Shown here one piece after another: positions 1 to 13,772 of a stretch of 64,000 nucleotides of DNA. The translations under genes and the position numbers were made by a program. The notes beneath the pieces were generated by a model. It saw nothing but the letters and a program-made list of their open reading frames with translations. It was not told where the DNA came from and did not search any database. The stretch comes from Amoebophrya sp. A120. Lineage: Eukaryota > Protista > Dinoflagellata. How positions within the stretch are numbered: the first letter of the stretch is position 1; each line of letters begins with the position of its first letter. Where the stretch lies: the NCBI GenBank assembly GCA_905178155.1, contig CAJINV010000010.1, positions 2,240,778-2,304,777 on the forward strand. Reading direction: 5' to 3'.

Positions 1-3000
1 TTCTCTTCGCGACATCCAAATGATACCCTCGGCAAAGTTTCTCTTCGCTCAGTTTCGCGTACAGCAGCCAGAGACTCGCCACGTCTTCCGCGATGGCAAA
101 TTGGTCCAGGTTTTTCCCGTTCTCTGCCGGCACGTAGTCTTTCAGTTGCAACTGCTTCTCGGGAGAGGGGAAAATCTCATCTACGACAGAGTCTTGTTGC
201 CCGGATTTCTTCAGATCGTCTTCGTTTGGTGCTGCTGTGGCTACAGTATCCGACATATCAAATGTAAAAGTGTCTGGGACTGGAAGAATGCAAGTTTGTC
301 GCGCTTGTCTGGCATGACTCTTAAATCTGTCATGCACATTACCAAAGAGCCTCGCTTTTCTGTCATGCAGAAACGTAGTTTGTCATGCAGAATAGGCAAC
401 ACCTAGAAGCTCAGAAACTTGTCATGCTGAGCCAGCAATTGTGGCCTCCTCATGATATGCCACACAGCATCACAAGTTTCCAGACCCAGACACTTTTACA
501 TTTGATACGACACGGCTTTATGCAGCTCCGCGGCCTTTTGTAGAACGTACCGCCACTTGCGCAGGAAGTCGTCCTCGCCCGGTATCCAGAGGGAAAGTTG
601 CCCCTCCCCATATCAAAAAGGCATGCTTCCGCAAATTTGTCTTGCTGATTTGAGACCACAAATCGCGTCTGTCTTGCAAGAAGACAAACGCAGAGGCTTC
701 CGCGCCATTATGGAAGCGATTTGGCATGCTATTGGGCCTAGGGGAGAGCCGTTTGTAATGCTAAGCACCTAGACCCAAATGTCCCTCCGTAGGCTGCGGA
801 TCAGGCTGCGACGCCGTCTTGCAAGACAGCGCGCATTTGTGTACACAAATCCTGCATCACAGATTTCCCATTTGATATGGGGTGGGGGCTTTTTTCATTT
901 TGATGCCCGGTTTTCTTCCGCCACTGGATATCGTTCCGGTTGTGCTGCTACTAGGCTGGTCGTGTGCTCCTCCGTGGTGGTCGTGGTGGGTCGTCCCTCT
1001 CTGTCCCTCATCCTTTGCAAGTGGTTCCTCGTGTTTGTCACGACCCGCGACCGGAGTTTTGCGCCACGGAAAGGAAAACGCGAGCGGAGAAGCAGAACTT
1101 CTACTTTTTGATGGAACTTTATCAAGATTGGGATTTTTCACTTTTTTCGTGCTGCTCCTCGGAGAACCACGACCCGCATCTTCGGCAACGCCTCCGGTTG
1201 CATCAAAGTCAAGAACTTCTATCGGCACCAGGATTTGCTTCCACTCAGAACCCATGCGAGGACTAGTACCTATGTTGGCGGGGTGGTAGTCGAACACGGG
1301 TGCGTAATACTCCGGGAAGAAAAGCTCGAAAGTTGATGTTGATGTAGCTGGCTCACCACTAGAAGAAGTACCCACGTCGCTTTTGGTAGTCTCCTTGAAC
1401 ATGTTGATATGATCTCTATGCTGGTTTCCATTCTCCTGTTTTGATGTTCTCCCGCGGATCTCCGAACTTGATAATCTGCCCACTCTGGACCGCAGAAACT
1501 CTTCGGTCACGCGCTCGTGGTAGGATTTTTTACCTCTGGCGAAGAAGTAGACCGTTTCAGGTTGGTTCGCTGTCTCGCTACCGAGGACACCGGCTTCAGT
1601 TTTGGCGCGAGTGACATGTTGATCTGTGTCGTTTGCCAAAGTTGATGATGATGGTCGTGGTTCACTTGTTCCAGCACTAGAACTATGCTGTGGCTGCACA
1701 GCTGTAGGGTTCTTTTCTGTTCTCTCGTCTCTACCGTCTTCTGATATTCGATCCAATGTAATACTTCGGTCTGGCTCTATTTTTACTTCGTCTTCGCCCA
1801 CCACCACGCTCTCCGCGACTACTTCCTCACCGAGCAACTCGCCGATGGTGACAAAGGGAATCCCGGGCTCTTGACGTTCCTCCGTCAGCGTCATCGTGGA
1901 GAAGAACGCGTAAAAGTACGTCCCAAGGGGTTCAAACGGCACGCACTTCACATTTTGGATGTTTGCTGCGCTGGTTTGCCCGTAGTGGTTGTGTAGGTTG
2001 TCGGGGAGGTATGCATCGCAAACATGTATCCATGGGTCTGGAAGATTGCAAAGGCTGTCATACGGTTTTTGTGTGACCCGGGAACAAGTCTGGTATCAAT
2101 GCAAGTCGTGGCGTCATCACGGATCTTGAGCAGGATTCATTGTCACTGCCTGATCCGCATGACAATGACATCGGTCCGCATGACAAATTTCCTGTTCTTT
2201 CGGTGACAAGAAGTAGGCAACTTTTGACCCTAGTGCCGTCCAGCACGGAAAACAACACGTAGTTCTGGTGTGGTTTGCATCCCTCCACACCCAGACCATG
2301 TATCTGCAATGCATAGGAGGCCGATACTCACGATGTACTGGATGAAATTCACAAGAGGCTCGAAATCCGCGGCCTGCAACAAGTCGGACAGGTACTCGAC
2401 CGAAAGGAGATATTCGGTGAAGATAACGAACTCCTCAAGCGCAGAAAATTTGATATCATATAACCTGTGCGGCGGATAATCATTATGTGGAAATAATTCC
2501 TGCAGCACGTTGGCTTGGAACTGCCTGTACAGTTCGTGCACGAGATAGGAAAGCATCTGCTGCTCCATTTTTTTGCGATTTTCTTTTTCCGCACCGCCGG
2601 TGTGTTGATGGTGCACTCCTGCTTGTTGTCCTCCTTTGATGTTCCACTTTTCGAATTGGGCAGTTATTTCACCACCGGTAGTTTTCTGCCAATTTTCGTT
2701 CAAAACGAGTTCAAGCAACGATAAACTGCTCTTGTCGTCTTTCATCATGTAGTGTCGTGCTTCATTTGCTGCGTCGTCCTGTTGTGTAATTCTTCTTTCA
2801 TTTTGTCTTCTACTTCTACCTGAAGATGTGTCTCGATTTCTACCACCATTTTCCTCTAGCTGGTCACTTGCGTCTTCTTTGTCGAGGACTTTCATCCGGT
2901 CGTTATTTCTTTTCTCCGAGTTCTTGTGCAGAACTTTCACTGCCTTCAGGGACAACTGGCGTAGCGCGGCTTCCCGTCGGGCCCGTGTACTTCTACTGTG

Positions 3001-6000
3001 CTCGGGGATTTTTGCTTTTCCCGTCGGTGGTGGTGCTGGCCCAGCACGCGCATCCATTGTCACCTCGTGGTGAAAGATTTCTGCTAGATCGGATAAAAGC
3101 TCCTTTAAGTGGATCTTCGTGTAGTTGCTGTTGCCCAGGGAGGTGGCTCTTCGTTCATCATCATATTTGATTCTAAACTCTTCATCTTCAAGAGAATTAT
3201 GAGAAGCGTTGTCAACATCATCATCTCCGGAGTGAGGCTCCTCTGGACGGCCCCGGTGCTGTCCCGCAGGTGGTGCCCGTGGTTGCGTGCCGCTCGTACT
3301 TACGTGGTCCCCGCTCAACGTCGTATCAGCCGGTAGTACTTCTACTGGCGATGAACTAACTAGTCTCCGGGAGGAAAACGAGATCAAGTTTCGCGCCAGC
3401 CTCCTGGACAATTTCTCCAGCACCTCGTGATGCTCCAGCGCCCAATCTTGGATCATTCCGTACCTTTCCTCAGCGGTGACGGTCGGGTCTTGCTTCCAGG
3501 GATACGACGCCCACACGTGGTCGTACTGCAGAAACGCCCGCGCCGACCCGAACCCGCGGGGACACGTCGAGGAAGGACTACTTTTGCCCGCGTCCTTGTT
3601 ACTCCCCGCTGCCTGCTGCTGTTCCTGTGCAGACCGGGGATGTTGCTCGTCCTCCTGGCTATAGTTCGTTCCTATTCCTGTAGAAGCTGTTTTATTTTTC
3701 TCAGCTTCTTGTTTCATCTGGATCTGTTCTTCTTCGGTAAGAGTTGCGGTCCAATCGGTATGGTCTATCGGATTGAAACGCGCCCCCACGACTCCGGATC
3801 ATAAGTAACTGCCGCCTGGTATATGCATCAGCATGGTAGATTTTCGAGCCAGAGCAGCTAAATCCTGTGTCGCACAGCGCCCCAGAATAAGCGATAGATC
3901 ACCAGATTCAGATCTGTCATGTTGAAAGCTTGCACAACTGGCTTGGATTCTGACACAAAATGGCTCGCGTCAATATTCCTTCATGCAACACGAAAGGAAA
4001 AGAGTTGCTCACGTGGAAAGATTATGCAATACGAATACAAACAGTTCAGTCATCTGGTGGTGGGGCACTTTTCATTTGGATATGGTCGCGCAAGTCTTCC
4101 CAGAGAAAAACATTCTCCACCCCGTAACTACCGTGTTGAAAGCTTCCTCCGTATCCCGAGTGAAAACGCCCCGAGCCCAGACTTTTGCCATGCATATTTG
4201 CAGTCTTTACAGAAACATTTGAATTTGAAAAAAAATTAACCGCATTACCGTGTGAGTCAGCTGTTCTTGCTAACCTTCACTACACTCCTGGTAGAGGTAG
4301 ACCACGCTTGTCATGCGTGAAGAATGATTTTGGGAAGATGGAAACGTTTTTACACGACCGGATACTCCAGGGTGCTTCATCACGCTACTTTCCAGCTTCG
4401 CGCCGACGCTGGGCTTGGAGTGCTTGAAAAACATGAGCTCTTGCATATGACCTGCTCAAACGTTACAATCTCAAACGTTACAATAGAGTCTGAAATTTGT
4501 CTTGCATGATGAACATGACAGACTCGCACAGCATTCCACTTTCTGCAATACAAATTTCGCCAGATTGTAGTGCCGCGGATTGGGACTCCAGAACTTGTCA
4601 CGCGCATTCCCATGAGAGTTGGCTAGATCATGCACTCTGGCATCACAGATTTCCATATTCTATTGCAACGCTTGAGATTGTAACAGCTGAGCGGGTTATA
4701 TTGCACCCGCTGGTTGACCAGCTCGTCGGCCCAAGCGAGTGCCTGCGGCTTGGATATCAAATGCAAAAATATCTGGGTCTGGAAGGATGCGAACTTGTGA
4801 TGCATACTGGGATCACGCAAAAATCTGTCATGCTTTGACAGCAGAGGGAGCTCCTTTTCCATCCTGTCGCCGAAAGAAGGTGTTCTTTGTCATGCGGATT
4901 AAGCATGGGGCAACCGTTTCAAAACCTGCGATGCTAGGCCTTGCATGGCACACCTTCCGTGTCAAGCAGACACAGCATCACAAACCTCAGCAATCTTCCG
5001 GATCCAGACATTGACACCATTTTTGCGATGCATATTGGACCGCCAACTACGAAGGGCGAAGGAGTGTGTCTCTGACGCATACTGAGGTTGATCCCAGGTC
5101 GGGAAAAACGGAAGGGGGTTCTGGTCGTCGAGTAGTAGACTTTCTTGTTCTACTTCTTCGGCTGCTGCTGCTGTTCCGCCGTCTGCCGTCAAAGGGACGC
5201 CTCGATAATTTTGCCCGGCAATTCTAGCCGTTTTACCCTGCAGCTGGCCACTTTGCAAGGCCAAAAATGTGTCCAAGTCCAGGTCTACTGGTTCGGCCGG
5301 AAGAGTTGTACTAGCAGGACCTCCCTCGTCCTCCCTGCTTGGCGTGGCAGTGGCTTTCGTCCCTCCGCCGCTGCTGCTGCTGGTTTCTTCTACTTCCACG
5401 GGCGCAGCTTCATCTGTTTTCGCCGTATTCTGTCGGGTTGCTTTGTTCCCCAAAACTTCTACCGCGCCACCCGCTGCAGCAGCTTCTTCAGGTGTCGCTC
5501 GGTGTTCCGGTTTCCCCTCACCTGTGGTCGCATGATTTTCCGCCGCCGTGCTGTAATCGGAGGAAGTTGGTCTTGTTGGCCCAGGAGGAGCAGCACTACT
5601 ACTGCCCGCTTGGTCATCCCCCGTCTCTTTCCCAGAAGATACACTCCGGGTTGCAAGGTATCTCCCGAACTCCTCGGGGCCTGAGAAATGACGAATGCGC
5701 TGTCCTCCTCCCGCGATTGAAGATGTAGCTCCCATCATCGCGGCTTCCAAATTTCTACCTATATCCCCTTCGGGGAATTCAATCACCGAGATCGCAGCTT
5801 CTCGCGCTCCGATGAAAGAACTCGGCTCTTGTTCATTTTGTCGTTGTACTTGTTCTGCGACGGGCTGCAAGATTCTCCTGCGTTCTTCCACACCCTCCGG
5901 CACTGCCGTCGTCGCGGAGCTTAATATGTGTATGGGACGGGTCGCGAGGGACAAGTCGTCGACATCGTGTCTCTTCTTGTCAGCTGCATCGGCTACAAAT

Positions 6001-8179
6001 TCAGCATCTTTGATCTCTGTCTGTGCCGTTGTTCGTGTTCCCCTCACGACCGCGTGGGGCTGCGCGACCTGTTCTTCTTTCTTCTCGCCCTCAGAAGCTT
6101 TCGGCGTAATAGAAGAGGACCGCGGTGACCGTAAAAAATCGGTCGCTTCCCGTTCCAAATCCTGCAAGACCGCGTCACTCACGTAATGTTTGCTGGGGTC
6201 AAGATTCAGCAACGAAGCGACAAACGGCGTGGAGGCACCGCGCAAGTGAGAAGAAGTTGATGCTGGACAAAGTCCCTGCTCCCCTCCGCAGCTCTTTTGG
6301 CAATTCATTTCGACGTCTTCGGGCTCCGCTGCGGTCGTGGTGCTGTTGGCGTTATTAATACAACCGCACAGACTATCGTGAGAAAAAACTGTTTCACTGT
6401 GAACTTGTGATGCAGAAAATGGAACACAGAACTCTTTGTCTTGCTACACCTGCAAGGCATTGGATTTAAGCGTGTTTTCCCTTGGGAAGCGCGCATGACA
6501 AATTTTCAGTCTCATGTGTAGCAAACTTGTGATGCAGATCTTGCAAAGTCATCACAGTGAAACACTTTTTTCGTACGATACAGACCGAAATTGTCCATTT
6601 TCCGCTCCAGATCCAACGGCGAGAGCAAAAGGTGACAGGACTGCTCTAGGGCAGAAGAAGAAGATTGCCACAATGTACTTTTCATCCAAATTACCCCTTC
6701 TGACTGTTCTTGTTGTGCACTACACAAATCACACTTTCCTTCCCCCAACTGGAGGTCGTGATCGTGTCCACCCTGCTCATACCCGCGGCCGCCCTCCAGA
6801 CAGACCAGCTGGGCCTGGCGCCAGGTCACCAGAAAAGCGCAGGCCAAGGCCGTGCCCCGCCGCAGCCGCAGTTTACACTTCTCGCGCCACTCGAGGGCGC
6901 GTCGGGCGGCCTGTCGGTTTTCCTCCTGCTTTTGCAGCAGCTCCTGCCGCTGCTGCTTCTTCGACTTGATGCCCGTAGTTGGTGGGGGGACCAGGCGTGA
7001 TAATCCAGACGTTGGTTGTAATGGTGCAGCAGCACTCCCAGATGAACAAGATTCTCGGAGCTGCGGAGAGGAAACGGACAGATCCTGTCCAAAAATCGCG
7101 GTTCCGCTACGTGCTCCGTCTAGGCTTCGAACTTGATCACCAACAAGGGCCGAGGGAGCCGCACGAGGATGGTGCCTGCTTGCGGGATAAAGGCCCTTAG
7201 CCCGGAAATCCCAACGCGGGGCGACCGTTTCTGCCAGGTCAAACCGACCACCTGGTGTGTTCAAGCACGAAGGGACATCAATAAATGGCACCGACAAATC
7301 GAAGTCTTCGGCTTCTTGTGGAGGTCCTGACGAGGAACCATAATGCCTCGCCCACCTCCCTGACGCCCCGGGTACTGCAATGGCGCCTGCTGCAGACTTC
7401 GCCCGCCGACAACACAAACGCACCTGGTCGCGCAGCTGCTGCAGCTCCTGCTCAAACTCTGCGTCGGACGACTCCGTCTCCTCCGACCGCCTATCAGAAG
7501 TACTACTAGGGGCACTATCTTTCACACTATTCGACGAAGGAGTATGATTTTCAGCTTGTGAAATAAATGCTGCATTGGAGCTGAACCTACCTCCCCGCGG
7601 ACCCTCTCGTTCCTGCCACATTCTGTTTGCCACCAAGGTTGCTTTCGCCTGGGCCATCGCCCGGTAATCTGCCTGGGACCTTTCATGGCCTGCGCTCGGT
7701 AGTAGACCAGGTTTCGAGAGTGTGTGATGGCTATGGCTCGTGCTCGTCGTGCTGCCGCCGGGAGCATTCTTTGGTGCACCAGCGCCTGGTAGTTGTACTA
7801 CACTGGCGGGAGAATTCATCTTATGCCCGAACTGCCCTCCGGACGTCCCGCCAAGTGCATCGTCTGGGTAGTTGTGTCTGTAGTAGTACCCATCCTCCGG
7901 TAGCAAACTGTCACTTTGCGGCCCCACAGCACTCGCATAGAAAACCTCTGCCTCGCCCTCGCCTTCGACTTCGCTCCGCCCGCCGGCAAGAACTACAGGT
8001 GAAACCCGCACGGGGAGGCCGGCCGCTGGGAAGCGAACGGACCGTGTTGACGAGATGCCTGCTCGACGTCCGGGTTTGACTGCGCTGGTCGTAGCGGCGG
8101 AAAATACTGCTACAACTGCGATCGCTGCCACGGTCGTGGACCTGCGCAGGGGAAGGGCCATGGCACCGGGCATCAACAT
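1..8179 (-). CDS. Large multi-exon hypothetical protein with N-terminal hydrophobic signal-like segment; runs off the left window edge
   Basis: ORFs 6512-8179, 4962-6308, 2230-3789 and 857-1951 plus small exons join in frame on removing introners (DNFGL|CGCINN, WRS|KPQALAW, RVQ|ELMFF, SIGL|PDNLH, RKPG|EDDFL, KAVS|DTVAT). The junction at about 3790-4082 does not resolve in frame, so this could be two genes. Confidence 0.7.
256..507. mobile_element. Introner, family A
   Basis: TIR TATCAAATGTAAAAGTGTCTGGG; direct repeat CGACA on both sides; excision restores frame. Confidence 0.9.
583..905. mobile_element. Introner, family B
   Basis: Imperfect TIR with CCCCATATCAAA core; direct repeat CCCGG; excision restores frame. 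Confidence 0.85.
2010..2315. mobile_element. Introner, family A (diverged)
   Basis: TATGCATCGCA...TGCAATGCATA; direct repeat GGAGG; excision restores frame. Confidence 0.85.
3822..4082. mobile_element. Degenerate introner with a family B-like right end
   Basis: Right end TGGGGCACTTTTCATTTGGATA; left end poorly matched; repeat TGGTA/TGGTC; frame not restored. Confidence 0.45.
4152..4364. mobile_element. Introner, family C (diverged)
   Basis: TATCCCGAGTGAAAACG...CGTTTTTACACGACCGGATA; repeat CTCCG/CTCCA. Confidence 0.75.
4446..4700. mobile_element. Introner, family E
   Basis: Long imperfect TIR TATGACCTGCTCAAACGTTACAATCTCAA; direct repeat TTGCA; excision restores frame. Confidence 0.85.
4755..5034. 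mobile_element. Introner, family A
   Basis: Family A TIR; direct repeat TTGGA; excision restores frame. Confidence 0.85.
6374..6580. mobile_element. Introner, family D
   Basis: TIR TATCGTGAGAAAAAACTGTTTCACTGTG; direct repeat CAGAC; excision restores frame. Confidence 0.9.
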
Positions 8180-10228
8180 CCTCCGGTGGGGTCGAAGCCT
8201 TCTACTGGGTCAGGTGAATTAGGCTCCCCATAGCAGCTTCACAGTGAAGCAAAAATTTTTCGTCCCGGCGGATGCTGCTTTCATAAAGTGCGGCTGCCAC
8301 GTCGACAGCGTCCTTTATTTATCGAGACACTGAAGTAAAAAGCGCACTTTCATATCATGCTCGCCACTGTTCACTTGACGAGATGCGGCATTCTTGAGTT
8401 ACTTTTGGATTAACATCGGTTATCCGAAAAAAGAAAGCAAGAAAAAGTGAATAACTTGTTGCAAAAGGCCAAAAGGACGAAGAGCAAGAGCCGACCTGCG
8501 ACGAAGGTAGAAGATAAAGATTTAAGTGGATGCAAAACAACAAAATATTGTCGCTGTCAGATCTGTATGCCTGTCATACAATGTGGATGCGTGTCGTGCT
8601 AGTTCTGTGCGGCGTCTTCTAGGTGAGAACGAGATTGCTCAAAACGATATTCTCTGGCTCACCTGCACAGGTCGATATCTAAATTCTTGAAGCTGTAGCT
8701 CCAGATAGTAGAGGCGGATCAACCATAGTGGAGATCTTCAAAGAGAGTAGCTTTATACATATCGTTAAACACAGCTGCGCCGCGCTTTTGCGTGATTGCA
8801 GCCGCCCTTGTGCATGAGTCCACCAAAGTAAGGGAAAAACGAACCACGCTCGTAGCAGGTACAGAATTCTAGATCTTTATGATGTCGTGTCAGTCCTCCA
8901 TCTTCATGCTCATGGAATGTATAGTATACTACTCGAAGCAGAGCCAACAGAGACGATTCTTGATGATCAAGCTGAGTGCACAAAATCACTTTCTTCAGAT
9001 CGCACGAAGAACCAGACCAGGGCCGTCGATATTGAAACATAGTAAAATCCCGGTGCTCCATGCCTTGTTTTGCACGAGATTGTGTCACACACGAACACGT
9101 TGTAACTACCGAAAGCAAACGAAAACATAAACCAGACCGAGATTCAGTCGAGACCGAAAAGAATACTGTGTGTCAGACACGAAAATGAGCGCAACGAAGC
9201 GAGATGGTGGCCGCACCACCAGACATCAGCATATAAAACGTCTGACGAAGAGCGATCAACCTCTTGCACCGAAGAAATTCAAACTAGACATGCAACCTCG
9301 AAAGCCAAAACGGAAACCAAACTACGCTGAACATGTGCTGGGAATCCAGAAATCTTGAAACCTCCTTAGATCTACTCATAGATGAATGACGGAACAGCAA
9401 CAGAGAGTCAAAACTAGCAAGAGCCGATGCAGCTGACTGGGCTCGCTGGCGCGCAAAGGCAAAGAAATGTTTTTCTCATGAGGGGATAAAGGGGTACAGC
9501 GCAGAGAAGTGCATCTTCAGCTTCGTTTGGTACAACTTCCGCATCTGACGTGACAAAACGCAACGAATCTTCGCCAGTGTCACTTTTCCTAGTTGCGCTA
9601 AATCTTCTGATATATTATACTTGTAGTAGTACCATCAAGAAGGAGAGAACTTCCAGTCGAAAACAGACCAGCGCCGCAAGCAGCTGTCCTGTGTTTCAAG
9701 CAGAGTTGCAGCTGCTCTGAAAATTAAGGAAGGGGATTACTGTTGTATGTTGAAATGAATAAGAAGCTCCGGAAAGATCTCGTGGGGGAAAACTTACAGA
9801 TGAGTCCGATTGGAGTAGGGGGTACTGAATGCGGGCTCCGACATTGTTACGTGCTTACTTATCGAAATAGTTATAGTTTGTAAAACGATATGTTGCATCA
9901 ATGTGAAATCAAAATGTGAAGTCTGAGTAGATGTAAAATGATATGCAATTCATCAGTGCGTGCAGAGCTTATCTTTCTCATAGCGTGCTGGACGTCGTTC
10001 CGCGAATGAGCGAGATGCAAAATTGAAGTTGCGCAAATGTGTCACTAGAGGAAATGTGTATGCAACATAAATAAGGATGAATAAAATTGCGTGTTGGCGC
10101 TCCTTATACGAAGCAAACCTTTGCTTAGACTTGTTGCACTCTCCGACGACCGAATTGTTGCAAGAATGAATTTGCTGCAAACTACTCGGAGAAAAAGTAC
10201 GATTAAGGTGTAGGAAGTAGATGCAAAA

Positions 10229-11650
10229 TCAGAGTTTAAGTAGGTCACTGTAGCCGGTGCCGGAGCGAATGCGAACTGCTAGGAAGAAGAAGAAGATCAA
10301 GATATTATAAAAAGGTTGAGGTTGTGAAAAAATAAAGTGATTGTCGAAGACACGTCTCCAACTATAGTACCAGTAGCACAACTTTGATGAAAAGCGACAT
10401 GGCGTCGCCGGCCGCTCCACTTTCTCCTCGAGCGGCTTCTGTTCTTCTGTCCCATGATTTTTACACCGTGAGAAAAGCTTCGGCACCCGGGTCCGGCGCG
10501 AAGTCGCGGGCACTGGCAGGAGGATGGAAAAACCCCAGGCTGTCCTCGCCCGGCACGGGAACTGGGTCCGACCCGTCGTCTTGTTGGGCGGACGGCGCTG
10601 CGAGAAAAGCCGCAGCGCCGGCGCCAACTTCGCGGTGGTCTTCCGTAGGAGGGCCTCCCCCATATGGATTGCAAAAGTGTCTGGGTCTGGAAGAATCCGA
10701 GATCTGTCATGCAGTTTTTACCCGACCAAGATCGTCTGACATGCACGCTCCAGCATCACAGACTTTGAGCACTTATCCCAATGCCTAATCATCATGACAA
10801 ACCCCCTCTCTTGCAAACAAGAAATGGGGCTTCTTGCTAGCCATGCATGACAAATTTTGTCATATTAATGTAGACTTCGCATCACAAATTGGAATCCGTC
10901 CAGACCCAGACATTTTTGCATTTGATACCCCAGTTTCTTGCACGAAAGACGAGCAGCAGCCGTCCTCCGCAGCGGGCGTCGGAGCCGGGGCCACCTGCAC
11001 GGCCGGTGGCGCAGGCGGATCGCGGCCCGGGCCCGGCGTCGGGCTTGGGCTCCGATTGGCTTCCTCGGCGGGGGCCATGTTCTCCGTGCTCGGGCTCGGC
11101 GCCGGACTTGTTGTAGTCGGCGCCGGACTTGTCGTCGGACTTGTAGTAGGCGGCGCCGGACTTGTCGTCGGACTTGTAGTAGGCGGCGCCGGACTTGTCG
11201 TCGGACTTGTAGTAGGCGGCGCCGGACTTGTCGTCGGACTTGTAGTAGGCGGCGCCGGAGTTGTCGTCGGACTTGTAGTAGGCGGCGCCGGAGTTGTCGT
11301 CGGACTTGTGGTAGGCGGCTCCGGGGTTGTAGTTGTTGTAGTAGTAGCTGTAGTTGTAGTGGTAGTCGGCTCCGGGAGCGTATTCGTCTTCAATTCCAAG
11401 TACCCGTTAATGTGATGATCGCCATACCCGTCTTTGGGCAAAATCTGGTGGTAGTTCTCGCCAGTAAAGATATAGTCGTACGTCCTACACTCATAGTCGT
11501 CAAAACCCCACACCCCCGCATGATACTTTCTTTCTTGATTTACGCAACACGGATTGTTCTTACAGTTAGACCAGCCCGTTTCATACTTATCGAAAGGTCC
11601 ACTAGGACATGCGGTTTGCTCGTCGAAGCATGTCATACTCATTACACCAA
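10229..11650 (-). CDS. 3' exons of a Cys-rich, mucin-like Pro/Thr-repeat protein; may be continuous with upstream exons up to 14387
   Basis: ORF 10860-11702 has a Cys-rich segment followed by (PAPPTTSPTTS)n. It joins ORF 10229-10663 in frame (QETG|EALLRK) on removing introner 10663-10927. The 5' boundary is approximate. Confidence 0.65.
10663..10927. mobile_element. Introner, family A
   Basis: Family A TIR; direct repeat CCCCA. Confidence 0.9.
11098..11320 (-). repeat. 33-bp coding tandem repeat (PAPPTTSPTTS, about 6-7 copies)
   Basis: Unit GGCGCCGGACTTGTCGTCGGACTTGTAGTAGGC repeated. Confidence 0.95.
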
Positions 11651-12043
11651 GCTCGTCTGCTATAACAAAGAAAAAAGAGAAACCCCCACGTTGATCATGC
11701 ACGACAAAAAATTGAGTACGGTATCACATGGAGGTTGTAGAGCCTTTAAGGGTCGTGCCAGCACCTTGTTCAGCTTTACAACTTTAGCATGTTGAGAAAT
11801 TCGATGTGCAACGCAAATTCTTGTTCCATCTACGTTGCGGAGAGGACAAAACGAATTTTGGTTGCGCGACGCGTGTGATGTACATGTTGATGTTCTTATG
11901 CAACCCAGAAATAATATTTTCGTTGCAACTACTTCTGCAAGGAAAAATGGCACTTCGTGGTGGGCTCTTTTCTGTGGGTTAGCTCCAGGTATCACCTCCG
12001 CGGCGGCATGTAACTGTCGGATATCGCGCGCTCAGGTAAGATG

Positions 12044-12215
12044 TATCAAATGCGAATATGTTTGGATCTGGATGAATGCAGATGTTTGTCACGCATTTGT
12101 CGCATGACCCAGAAGTTCTGGCATGCAGGCAATAGCATTACACGTTCAGAACGAATGCGTATCACAACATTTTTGCACATTCCTCCAGACCCGGACATCA
12201 TATTTGCTGTCGATA
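12044..12215. mobile_element. Introner, family A (short, diverged)
   Basis: TATCAAATGCGAATATG...TTTGCTGTCGATA; direct repeat AGATG. Confidence 0.8.
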
Positions 12216-13048
12216 AGATGAAGGCAATCTCAACTATCACGACATTATCGGAGTAGCCTGTGACTGTGACTCGCAGCGATTGCATGACCTAGCAGCCTGC
12301 CGGGAAAAACAATGATGTAGCGCAAGTTTCATCTTAGACAAAGTAAGACTATTTGATGTCAGGCGACGAGCATGAAAACTGTGAAGAAAAACAATGTAGA
12401 ACAAGCTCCTTCCTTGTCCTTGGGTACAATGTAGAAGAGGAGCAAAATGGTAATCTTCGTACGAATATTGAAATTAAACATCAGCACCACCACGGAGGTT
12501 TCGCTATCATGCATGAAGACTCCTCCAGGTCTGTAACAAGTCAAAAAACCGAACGCTGCGGCCTTGCATGTTGCTGAGTTTGCTGTTCTTGAGTACTACC
12601 TGTACTTTCACTGCAACATTTGAAATGGTCCCTCTATCAACACCTGAGCGGGCCATAGTGCAGGATCCCATCGTGTTTCTCCCATTTTTCAGTCCCGTCC
12701 CAAAGAAGTCTATGAAACACGACTTACCGTAATTCACCAAGCTGCTGACGCTGAAGCCGGACGCCGCCATAACATCAGAACAAATAACGCGCACCGTGCC
12801 CACCAGAGCTCCGGGCGCCACAGCCGTGACACCCAGATGAAGTTCCGGATGTTGGCGAATTAGTATTAGAATTTCATAAATTTGCATACATACATACATA
12901 TCCTGTTTATTGTAGAGGATAGTACCAACGCCCTTTGCTTCTATCTGCACAACCGCTTTCGTGGTCACAGACTAGTGCAATTATCGGTAGCATCTTCAAC
13001 TTGATAGTAAGGCGCCATTTTCGTCTTCCAGTCGTCGTCGTGCCCCCC

Positions 13049-13369
13049 TATTACAATGAAAAACGCCCCCTCCCCATATCAAAACGGAAATCTGTGATGC
13101 AGATTTGTGGCCACAAATCAGCTTTGTGATGCCAGAAGGCAAAAGATGCGGACTGTAGTGCTGTCTAGTGTGGGAAAGCCTTGCAGCTCCAGGATGACAG
13201 AAGGCAACTGGAAGTGGGAAACAGCATGACAGATCGCCTGCAATTTAGGCCGCAGCCTCGTCTCTTGGCCTTCTAGCAATACAAGTCGATTTGTGTCCTC
13301 AAATACAGCATCACAAATTCACGCATGTTCCGTTTCCGATATGGGGAGGGGGGATTTTTCATGTCGATA
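13049..13369. mobile_element. Introner, family B
   Basis: TATTACAATGAAAAACGCCCCCTCCCCATATC end; direct repeat CCCCC; flanks read WKVDSG|GHDDDWK on the minus strand. Confidence 0.85.
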
Positions 13370-13772
13370 CCCCCAGAGTCGACCTTCCAGCCCTCATCAT
13401 CGCGGCTATTAAGATGAAAAGCGGTACCCCTGCCCCGCCCCCGCCTGAGCTCTACTACCTAGCGCTGCGTTGAAACTACGCTTCCAAACGAAAACAATTT
13501 GTCTTCCTTCTCCTTGTGATGTTGTGAAAGAAACATCAACACGACGGACAGGATTTGTGTCAGAGTCTTCTTGGCCAAAAACACAGCGGGCCTCACCCGG
13601 ATCATGCTAATCAACATGCCAGTCAAAGCTACGTGTAGTAGGCAGCTTTGCTGGAACTAAGTAATGTAATGACAGGCGCATTTTTTCATTCTGCACAAAT
13701 GCAAATTTTTCCAACCCTTCTCTGCAGACACAATGAATGATTGTATGACCTGCGACGTAGCTCCGAAATACA

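Noticed and set aside
1200-1300. IGTSPRMGSEWKQILVP resembling the PRMT THW loop
   Set aside because: No SAM-binding motif was found in the joined protein; too weak to assign a product.
10834-11795. Plus-strand Gly/Val-rich and Arg/Cys-rich ORFs (also 45471-46055 and 50905-51558)
   Set aside because: They are antisense shadows of minus-strand Pro/Thr coding repeats.
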